The notes beneath the pieces are model-generated. The model saw only the letters and a list, made by a program, of their open reading frames with translations. It did no database searches and was not told where the DNA came from. Both the position numbers and the translations under genes were made by a program. Positions 15,093-23,040 of a stretch of 41,144 nucleotides of DNA are shown here, one piece after another. The number at the start of each line of letters is the position of its first letter. The stretch's first letter is position 1. This DNA comes from Fibrobacterota bacterium (GTDB lineage Bacteria > Fibrobacterota > Fibrobacteria > UBA11236): assembly GCA_043753995.1 (NCBI GenBank), contig JAYUVP010000355.1:1-41144 (forward strand), in the 5' to 3' direction.

Positions 15093-16694
15093 CTACCTTC
15101 CGCGCTGCGGGCGCCGCCCCCAGGTATTATCAGGGGCTTGGGGCGGTGTTTTCCCTGCGGGATTTTCTGGCTTCGGGGCGGGACTCGATGCAGGCCTATC
15201 ACTTGCATGATTCGCCGGAGATTGCCCTGAAGTCTTGGCCGGCCCATTCGGATTTCGATCCTGTTGATGCCTTTGCGGACCTTGCTGTGCATTTGGACCG
15301 GGACCGGGCCCAGGCCCATTGGGCCTCGGCGCTTGGGGGTCGTGCGAGGGTCGCGAGGGCTGGCCACTTGAGCCTTGGGACGACCGAGGGGGCTGCCCTT
15401 GGGGTTGGCTTTGCGAGGGATTCGGTGCCGACCGAGGTGGCGGGCCGCTTGGAGATCTGCCCTGCGAATTCCCCTGGGAGCTTCCGCGCGAATCCCCGGA
15501 ATGATTTCCGTGACGATATCCCTGCTGACCTTCCTGGGAACGCCCCGGTGCGCCTCCGCCTGCCCCACCCTGCGGGCCTCCACGCGTGCCACCTTGAGGG
15601 CCGCCATACTGGCTGCTGTTCGGATTGCCGTTCGGATTGCGATTGGCGCCACCCGCTTGGCCGCCGCTTGAGTTGCGGGATGGGTCACCCGTTTGGCCAC
15701 CGGAATATCCGCCGCCACGCTGGCCGCCTCGAGAACCGCCTCCCTGGTAACCTCCCGAATACCCCCCGCCTGTCCCGGGTTGAGAACCGCTTTCCCCATC
15801 TTCGCGGGGATTCCAGCGCTTGGGGGGAAGGTCGGCATTTTTCGGATCGCTGGCTCGCGCCTTTCTCAGTTGCTTGTCTTCATGCTCTTTGCGCACATCG
15901 CCGATGACATTCAGCACGCCGGTGACATCCACCGGCTTGGCAGGCTCCTGGAATTGACCCGTCAATTCGACATGCGGGGTGAGCTTGCCCTTTTCAAAGA
16001 GAGCCCAAATTTCCTTGGCGTATTTCAAGGTTTTGATGCCCGGCTCGAAGCGGCTGAAATAATCGGCCATATTGTTCACGTCACGGGCAAACATCATGGC
16101 CGCGCTATTATTGCCGGCGGCATTGACGACTTGGGGCAAGTCGATAATGACGGGCCCATGGGCATCGACCAGCACATTGAATTCGGATAAGTCGCCGTGA
16201 ATCAATCCCAGGCAAAGCATGCGCACGATTTGATCGATGAGAAATTCATGATAGTCGAGAGCCGTGTCGGCGGAAAGCGCCAAGTCATTCAGGCGCGGCG
16301 CGGGTTCGCCATTCTCATCGACGATGAGCTCCATGATGAGGACGCCGTCAAAAAAGCCAAAAGGCTTGGGCACCCTTAAACCGGCAGCACTCAATGCGCT
16401 CAAGGCATTCACTTCGGCGGTAATCCAGGAATTCTCGGCCTCTTTTTGGCCATAGCGCGAACCGCGAGACATGGCGCGGGCGCTGCGGCTATTCTGCACG
16501 CTACGACCCTCTTGATATTGCGCGGCCTGGCGAAAACTGCGGTGTATGGCCTCCTTATAGACCTTGGCGCAACGCGTCTCTTCGCCCATGCGAACCACGA
16601 AAACATCGGCCTCTTTGCCGCTTTTCACCTGGCCTAAAACCTCATCTATAATGCCGTCTTCCACCAAGGGGATGAGGCGGTCGGGAATTTTCAT
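15093..16694 (-). CDS. RIO1-like atypical protein kinase (PA4780 family) with long low-complexity C-terminal extension
   Basis: SGKEADVF, CAKVYK, GLIHGDLSEFNVL, PVIIDLPQ, RDVNN; ~250-aa G/Q/S/P/N/R-rich tail. Confidence 0.92.
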   Translation of the reverse strand: MKIPDRLIPLVEDGIIDEVLGQVKSGKEADVFVVRMGEETRCAKVYKEAIHRSFRQAAQYQEGRSVQNSRSARAMSRGSRYGQKEAENSWITAEVNALSALSAAGLRVPKPFGFFDGVLIMELIVDENGEPAPRLNDLALSADTALDYHEFLIDQIVRMLCLGLIHGDLSEFNVLVDAHGPVIIDLPQVVNAAGNNSAAMMFARDVNNMADYFSRFEPGIKTLKYAKEIWALFEKGKLTPHVELTGQFQEPAKPVDVTGVLNVIGDVRKEHEDKQLRKARASDPKNADLPPKRWNPREDGESGSQPGTGGGYSGGYQGGGSRGGQRGGGYSGGQTGDPSRNSSGGQAGGANRNPNGNPNSSQYGGPQGGTRGGPQGGAGGGAPGRSQEGQQGYRHGNHSGDSRGSSQGNSQGRSPSGPPPRSAPNPSQSQPQGQPPRSSQGSSGQPSRPSHDPQAPRPNGPGPGPGPNAQQGPQRHQQDRNPNGPAKTSGQSPANHASDRPASSPAPKPENPAGKTPPQAPDNTWGRRPQRGR

Positions 16695-16703
16695 GGGGAA
16701 GAT

Positions 16704-18008
16704 TTAAAAAATGGCCTGCACGCGCAAGGAAACTTTATTCTCGCGGGTGGGTCTTTCGGGGGCTTCATTCAGATAAACTTGGCTTAAATAGATGGGCTCT
16801 ATATAAAACCCCATAATCGGCGTATTCGCCCATTGGGCTTGCAAAGAAAGCCAAGAGCCAAGGCTTTTGGTGACCAAAACAGAGACCGAGCTGTAATGGC
16901 GGCCTCGGCGCGTGACCAGGTTGACCGGATTCCTCTCCTCCCACTGTACACTCAAACGATTCAATAAGCCAAAAGAGGGCAAATTCATGCCCAGCATGGC
17001 TAGGATGCGATCCTGCCGCTTTTCATAGAAAAGGGGGTCCTCGTAAAACCCAAGCAATACCGCTTCTCCATAGAATCGCCAATCCGACTCCTGCCACGAC
17101 TTTAGGTTCAGCCATTGCTTTGGATTCATTGCAAATCGAAGCATGGCCTGAATCACACGATGCCGCTCAAAATAGACCGTGTCGGCGGATAGCACAGTGT
17201 CTTGCAAATAGGTGGAATCGAAGGGACGGGGCAAAGGAGACAATGGCAAGTACGAATAATTACCCCTGCACGTGACGATTGGATTCGGCTCATTCCATTG
17301 ATAATGAAATAAACCTATGCCGCCACCCCACTCGAAACCCGGCCAGGGAGAAGCCTTGACGACATAAACCGCCGAAAGGTCAAAAGGTCGTTGCCGATAA
17401 TACGAGGAGTCGGCCAGCAATAACCAATCATGCTGCCAATGCTTTTCCGGCGAGGTATTGCGAAGGGCAAAGCCCTTCACGGGCACGGTGTTTTCGCTTA
17501 AGGCATCCCAGCTAGGACGCGGCCTTTCCACGCGGGTGGGATAGGACCCGTAACGCAGAAGGTACTCCCCGAAAGCGCCGCCATGGTCATGCGTTGCATA
17601 GCGGAAATAGCCTGCCCTTGCATCGTTTTGCCAATGAAAAACTTCAAAAGGCAGACGCAGATAAGCGTGATCAAGACCGCTGCCGAATTGGTTCCGACGG
17701 CGGTGAAAGTAGGGGTTTTCGGTTTTTTGCTCAAGCCAAAGAAATCTGCCGAGTGAGGTGCCGACTCCGAAATTCAAGTCGAGACTTTGCCACAAGCGAA
17801 AAGACAGGTTGATTTGAGCCGCGCTGCCTAGCAATGGGTCGGCAAGGTCGTCTCCAGATCGTGAACCTTCGATGCCTAAATAGGCATGACCGCTCAAACC
17901 CCGCCAAGCCAACCAGCCTTGGGAGGCGCTATCACCTGATGCGGAGGTTGGGTCAGCACAGGCGAGGTCTATGAGCAGGGATAAAACAAAAAGAAAGGTT
18001 AGGCGCAT
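16704..18008 (-). CDS. Putative outer-membrane beta-barrel protein (Fibrobacterota-type family)
   Basis: Signal peptide; amphipathic strands; G.F.Y......GEYL.R.G.YP and YGEA.LLG...P..Y.....R...M.G.N.P..G.L..LS motifs; terminal Phe (VSLRVQAIF). Confidence 0.65.
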   Translation of the reverse strand: MRLTFLFVLSLLIDLACADPTSASGDSASQGWLAWRGLSGHAYLGIEGSRSGDDLADPLLGSAAQINLSFRLWQSLDLNFGVGTSLGRFLWLEQKTENPYFHRRRNQFGSGLDHAYLRLPFEVFHWQNDARAGYFRYATHDHGGAFGEYLLRYGSYPTRVERPRPSWDALSENTVPVKGFALRNTSPEKHWQHDWLLLADSSYYRQRPFDLSAVYVVKASPWPGFEWGGGIGLFHYQWNEPNPIVTCRGNYSYLPLSPLPRPFDSTYLQDTVLSADTVYFERHRVIQAMLRFAMNPKQWLNLKSWQESDWRFYGEAVLLGFYEDPLFYEKRQDRILAMLGMNLPSFGLLNRLSVQWEERNPVNLVTRRGRHYSSVSVLVTKSLGSWLSLQAQWANTPIMGFYIEPIYLSQVYLNEAPERPTRENKVSLRVQAIF

Positions 18009-18085
18009 TGGGCGGGCTTGAATTAGAAATCCACCCTATCGGATTCAAGCTGGCCGCACACCTCCCCGAATGCGATAATGGCCTT

Positions 18086-19903
18086 ATGGAATCGACCCTG
18101 CGCGTCTTGGCCAATTCCGCTTTGCCGCAACCTCCTGGATTTATCCTGCGTCACTTCGGTGTTTACACGGGAGGGATTGCGGCTGGCGCGCAAGAGGCGG
18201 CTTGGCAGGCCCAAGGCGAGCGTCGTTCGCTGAAAGAAATCTTGGCGCGCATTCCGGCCACGGAAAAGCCGGATATTTTGTTGATTCGCTCACCGGAATA
18301 TTTGCCCTTGCCTTTTGACTTGGCCACCTTTCGCGGGCTCAAGGTGCTTTTGCTCACCGATTGGAATGTCGGCCTGCGCTTCCTCGCGCCTCTGTGCGGC
18401 CTCTTCGACATCGCTTTCACCGACGAAGTCGGCGCTGCCGTTTTGCGCAAAGCGGGAGTGAAAAACGTTTTCGCGGCGGCGATGTATGGGCATGATGCGC
18501 ATGCCATGCATGATTTGCATTTGCCGCGAGATCTTGATCTCTCTTTTTGTGGCAATCTCAATGCTGGCCTGCATCGCGAGCGCAATCGCGTGCTGGCGCG
18601 ACTCCTGCCCCTGCGCGATCGCCATCGGCTGCATTTAACCCAGAGTTTTGGGCGGGCTTATCATGAAGTGCTGTCGCGCAGCCGCCTGGTTTTCAATCAC
18701 AGCATACGCGGCGAAGCCAATATGCGCCTTTACGAGGCCATGGCCTGCGGGGCCGTGCCCTTGGTGGAACGCGGCAATATCGAGGTACCCTTGCTTTTCC
18801 ACGAGGGTGAGCATTTCGCTGCTTATGATGCAGCGAATCCCCTGCCCGATATCGAGGCCTTGCTGAGTGAGCCCGACAAAATCGCCGTCATGGGTCGGGC
18901 CGCCAAGGCCGCCGTCACCGATCACAGCGCAGAGAAACAACTCTCCCGCATGCTGCGCGAAGCCCTGCGCCGCACCGGTTATCAAAGCGGAATTGTGACC
19001 AGAGAAATAGGGACTCCGGAACAGGCCTCCGATGGCCTCAGCGCTTTGCGCAAACTGCGGGTCCTGGGCAGCGGCTTCACCTTGCGCGAGGCCGTCGATG
19101 AAATGCAGGCCGCCACGGTGCAGGATATGCCTTTGCGCCTGGAAACCTTTCCCGGCTTATTGCTTAGCCTGCTGGAGCGCGAGCGCGGCAAGCCCGATCG
19201 CCTGCCGACCTTATTGAGCTGGATAGAGCAAATGGTCGAGCATCCCAACATGCCGACCTTGCTCGCCGCCGCGCATCGCTTGCACTTGGCGGTTTCGGGA
19301 GGCCAGGTCGATTCGATTCATCAGGCGGCTGATGCACTGCTAGAAGAAATTGCTAAGGCTCCTGCTTCCGTGCCTGAGGCCTGGTATCGCCATCTCTTCG
19401 CGCCCATCGATTTGGCCAAGCCTTTCAATACGGACATCAATGCAGCCTTTCGCGCTCGAATCGAAACCGGTAAGGATCAAGGGCTGCTCGATCTTTTGCT
19501 GGCCCAGGCCCTCGCAGCGAAGGCCCAAGCCCTGAAGCGCCGGGATCATTGGACGGAGTCGGCGCAGGTTGCCACGGGCATTCCGGCAGGCCGCTTTTTA
19601 TCGGTGACGCCTTTCGCCTTGCGGGCCGAGGCCGCGCTAAGGCTCGGAGACATCGCGGGTTTAATGTCCGCCTGCACCAGTTGGCATGAAGACAATCCGC
19701 TCGACGGCAAGGTCTGGGATGCTGTCGTCAGCTTGCTCGCGGAAGCGGGTATCCATGCACAGGAGTACCTCCGGCGTTACCTAGGCCTGATTTGCTCCTT
19801 GGCCAAGGCCTTTTTGCGCGAAGGCATACCGCCCGCCTTGCAATCTCTCGCCGAGCGGCATGGCATATTGCCGCTGCGGGAAGGGGAAGTAAAAACCCGC
19901 TAG
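18086..19903 (+). CDS. Glycosyltransferase (GT-B, CgeB/Glyco_trans_1_2-like) with helical C-terminal domain
   Basis: RDLDLSFCGNL...RERNR.L, Y..VLSRSRLVFNHSIRGEANMRLYEAMACGA. Start placed at ATG 18086. Confidence 0.85.
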   Translation: MESTLRVLANSALPQPPGFILRHFGVYTGGIAAGAQEAAWQAQGERRSLKEILARIPATEKPDILLIRSPEYLPLPFDLATFRGLKVLLLTDWNVGLRFLAPLCGLFDIAFTDEVGAAVLRKAGVKNVFAAAMYGHDAHAMHDLHLPRDLDLSFCGNLNAGLHRERNRVLARLLPLRDRHRLHLTQSFGRAYHEVLSRSRLVFNHSIRGEANMRLYEAMACGAVPLVERGNIEVPLLFHEGEHFAAYDAANPLPDIEALLSEPDKIAVMGRAAKAAVTDHSAEKQLSRMLREALRRTGYQSGIVTREIGTPEQASDGLSALRKLRVLGSGFTLREAVDEMQAATVQDMPLRLETFPGLLLSLLERERGKPDRLPTLLSWIEQMVEHPNMPTLLAAAHRLHLAVSGGQVDSIHQAADALLEEIAKAPASVPEAWYRHLFAPIDLAKPFNTDINAAFRARIETGKDQGLLDLLLAQALAAKAQALKRRDHWTESAQVATGIPAGRFLSVTPFALRAEAALRLGDIAGLMSACTSWHEDNPLDGKVWDAVVSLLAEAGIHAQEYLRRYLGLICSLAKAFLREGIPPALQSLAERHGILPLREGEVKTR

Positions 19904-19932
19904 GGGTTCCAGAGTCGGATTCGAACTGTGCC

Positions 19933-20784
19933 CTATGTCCCCTCAGGCTTGCGCAAGACAAAGGGATCGCGCGTCCAGGGTGGATTGTCGCGCAAGCTGC
20001 GCACTTCGACTTCTAGCCAGGCTTCGCTCGTCGCGCTTTTCTGGGTGCAGGTCACCTTGCCTGGATAAAGGCGGTCGCCCTTCTTTTTCCAATCGCTATA
20101 GCTCAAAGTCCAACCCGCTGAAGCGTCCCATAAGGTGTCGGGCAAACCCGTGACGGCATTGAATTTTGCTTTCCACGTTCCGCCTTCACCGGGGCCGCTT
20201 AAAACCAAGGCATCGAGCGAATCACGCTTCAGGGGCGTGCCTGGCATCCACGGCAGCAAGGATCCCCAAAGCGGGGAGAATAGGGCATCATAAGGCGCTT
20301 CGACGCCGCCCGGCAAGGGCAGGGGCACGCGCTTGCCTTCGCCGCTTTCATAGCGCGGCGGATCGTAAATGGCCAATTCCCATTCGGCATTGCGCCAGCG
20401 GAAGGCACCGCCGAGCATGCCCGGCAAGCCATAGAGATCGAGTTTGCCGCAGCGCCCGGGGCGCGCGAAAAGTCGGCCAGAAACCAAGGTTTTGCGGCGG
20501 CCTTCTTGCGCCAGGAAAGAAAGCTCAGCGTCGATGGAATCGGGCGGGCTGGACTGAAAGGCCGGGGCGCGCAAGGTGAGGGTATCGAGATTATTTCCGG
20601 GGGTGCAAGCCCGCGAAGAATCCGCGCCGGAGGGGTCGCAAGCCAGCAGGGCATGGCCGGGAGCATAGCGCAGAGCGGGCCCAGCGCAGCCTCCGAATAA
20701 GGTCATTAAACCTGCGAGACTCAGGAGGCCAAAGGAGCGGTTACGAAGAAAGGTTTTGCGCATCAGGGAAGGAATGGCCAACAT
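19933..20784 (-). CDS. LolB-like/DUF4292-like lipoprotein
   Basis: Lipobox FGGC; beta-rich LolA/LolB-like pattern (G.L.A.PG...KLDLYG..G; L.YSDW......YPGKV). Directly downstream of a TPR lipoprotein. Confidence 0.55.
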   Translation of the reverse strand: MLAIPSLMRKTFLRNRSFGLLSLAGLMTLFGGCAGPALRYAPGHALLACDPSGADSSRACTPGNNLDTLTLRAPAFQSSPPDSIDAELSFLAQEGRRKTLVSGRLFARPGRCGKLDLYGLPGMLGGAFRWRNAEWELAIYDPPRYESGEGKRVPLPLPGGVEAPYDALFSPLWGSLLPWMPGTPLKRDSLDALVLSGPGEGGTWKAKFNAVTGLPDTLWDASAGWTLSYSDWKKKGDRLYPGKVTCTQKSATSEAWLEVEVRSLRDNPPWTRDPFVLRKPEGT

Positions 20785-20805
20785 GGGAAGGCAAAGATAT
20801 GCCCC

Positions 20806-22635
20806 TCAATGCACTTTGAGTGTCGCCAAGGCATGATGGGGTTCGATTTTCAGGATGGCCTGCCATTGCCGCCGCGCGTCATCGTCCTTGCCCAGCTTTT
20901 CGAGTATGAGGGCATAATGTTCTAGCACCGTGATATCGTGTGGCATTTTCTCGAGGGCCTGCTGAATATCGGCGAGGGCCTTGGCATGGTCTCCACGCCG
21001 AAATTGCCACCAGCCGCGCGAATCAAGATAGGCGCCATTGCCGGGATCTTTGCGCAAGGCGCGCTCGATAAGTTGGCCGGCCCATTCGAGATCGCGATTG
21101 GCCTCGACCAGAGTATACCCGAGATAATTGGAGGCCACGGCGTCATTGGTGTCGAGGTCGACCAGAGTCCTTAAAACCTTCACGGCCGAATCGATTCGGC
21201 CCAAGCGCTCCAGGGCGACGCCCAATTCAAAGAGTCCGCGCCGATTGCGCCAGTCAATGCGCAGCACATCACCATAAGCCGCCACCGAGCCCAGGCGAAA
21301 GCGCCGAGTCAGGGCGGTGTCGATGTCGCTGTTTTTGCCTGCAGCGCCGGGGATGGCCTCATAGCGCCGCGCCAACAAGGTGAAAACCGCGCCGCGCAGA
21401 AAATGAGCCGCCAAGTCGGCTGTGTCTTGGCTGTTCAAGGTGGCCAGCAAGCTGTCGCTTTGCCCGACTTCGCCGCGCTTTAATTTGACGGAGATGAGCT
21501 TGGACCAATACTCGGGAATGCGCGGTTCCAAGTCCACGGCTTTTTTCAATGCCGATGCCGCGAGCGCGCTTTCGCCCAATTCCCAAGCGCTGCTGCCCAA
21601 AAAGAATTGATAAGGAGCATGACTCGGCTTGAGCTTGGTCAGCTTGGCAAAAATCGGCTTGGCCTCGGCATGGCGCTTTTTATCAAATAGAAAAACAGCA
21701 TAGGGGAAAAGCACTTCGCGCTCTTCGGGATGCTTTTTCATCAGCCGCGCATAAGCGGCGAAAGACGAGTCTTCCCTGCCCGCCAAGGCCAAAGCCCGGG
21801 CGGAATACAATTGATATTGCAGGGGATCGCCCGCTTCGCGGCTAAGCCTTTCGGTGACGGCGAGCAGGCTATCCCATTGGCCCTCTTCCTCATACCATTC
21901 GGCCAAATGCTCGCCGAATAGCGCGTTCTTACTGCGCGTCCAGGCTTCGCTCCAAAGGTGGGGCACTTCTTGAATACGCTTCAAGTCACGCAATAGGGCC
22001 ACTTGCTTTTCCACTAGTCGCTGAGGATAATCCAGGCGCTGAAGCAATTTGCCCAAGACCCCGGCCTGCTTTTCCGTTTCTTTCAGGCTTTCATAGAGGG
22101 TCGCGAGGGTATAAAGCAAATCACGGTCGCCATCGTCGAGGGCCAAGGCCTTCTCATACATGTCGATGGCCGCCAATAATTCCTTTTGCCGTAAAAGCAA
22201 TTCACCCAGAGTCTTGTATTGGTCTGCCTCGGGCTCACCTTTGAGGACCATGCATCGGCGGGCAAAGCTCAGGGCGGTGTCCAGCATGCCTGCGCTACGC
22301 AGCCGGTCCACGAGGATAAAGCAAAGGTCGCGGCTTTCGGGATGGTATTCGTAAGCGATGCGGAAATAGCCCAGGGCCACCGCCTCATTGCCCTCATTCT
22401 CCATTTGCCGCGCGCGCAGGAAAAAATCATGTGCCGTCACATGGGGGTCACCCTGCATCAAGGAGCGCCCAGGGGTTTGCACCGGCACTGGCGGGGGCGG
22501 CACCGCCACGGACTTGGGTTTGGGAGCGGTGGAGGAACAGGCCACCATGGCCAAGGCACCCGCCGCCGCAGCTAAGGACAGGGCGCGCATCCAGGGGGGA
22601 GAGGGATTGGGTTTTTGGCGTAAGGCGAGAGGCAT
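20806..22635 (-). CDS. Tetratricopeptide-repeat lipoprotein (LbcA/PA4667-like)
   Basis: Lipobox MVAC; many TPRs; C-terminal ASNYLGYTL....DL..A..LI.RAL..DP.NGAYLDS.GW..FR.G signature. Start is 22635 or 22590. Confidence 0.85.
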   Translation of the reverse strand: MPLALRQKPNPSPPWMRALSLAAAAGALAMVACSSTAPKPKSVAVPPPPVPVQTPGRSLMQGDPHVTAHDFFLRARQMENEGNEAVALGYFRIAYEYHPESRDLCFILVDRLRSAGMLDTALSFARRCMVLKGEPEADQYKTLGELLLRQKELLAAIDMYEKALALDDGDRDLLYTLATLYESLKETEKQAGVLGKLLQRLDYPQRLVEKQVALLRDLKRIQEVPHLWSEAWTRSKNALFGEHLAEWYEEEGQWDSLLAVTERLSREAGDPLQYQLYSARALALAGREDSSFAAYARLMKKHPEEREVLFPYAVFLFDKKRHAEAKPIFAKLTKLKPSHAPYQFFLGSSAWELGESALAASALKKAVDLEPRIPEYWSKLISVKLKRGEVGQSDSLLATLNSQDTADLAAHFLRGAVFTLLARRYEAIPGAAGKNSDIDTALTRRFRLGSVAAYGDVLRIDWRNRRGLFELGVALERLGRIDSAVKVLRTLVDLDTNDAVASNYLGYTLVEANRDLEWAGQLIERALRKDPGNGAYLDSRGWWQFRRGDHAKALADIQQALEKMPHDITVLEHYALILEKLGKDDDARRQWQAILKIEPHHALATLKVH

Positions 22636-23040
22636 GATGGGGTGGTTTTTATCTGATAGTCTACTAAGTGGACCAGGGTTCGCGGAGAGGAATGCTGGAG
22701 TTGGTCTCAAAACCGTTTAGGAGTCGCCAGGGGGAAGGCATTCCTAGGAATTCGCAGGAAGGATGGCCGCTAGCCCAGGTCCGATACCGCGCCCTTCCTC
22801 GGACCGGAGGCGTCTCAACTCAAACGACAGGGACCGAACCACGGGAATTTGGCATCCGACAAAACCTTAGCTTTGGGCCTTAAAACCCTCACGGATCCAT
22901 CGGCTGCATTCCAGCACCCAAATAACGAAAGAACCAATTGCAAAGCTAGGTTATTTACAATACCTTCTGTCACGGTCAAAACAATAGTGATTAATGGGGA
23001 GTCTAAGAATGCATCCGGAATCCCTACGACACGCAACGAA

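Noticed and set aside
15093..15860. CRISPR or non-coding tandem repeat
   Set aside because: The repeats are irregular and in frame within the kinase tail; there is no constant repeat-spacer period.
22720..23040. Cobalamin, TPP or c-di-GMP riboswitch upstream of the TonB receptor
   Set aside because: Conserved cores (B12 box, CUGAGA, GGCAAA...GACGCAAAGC) were not found.
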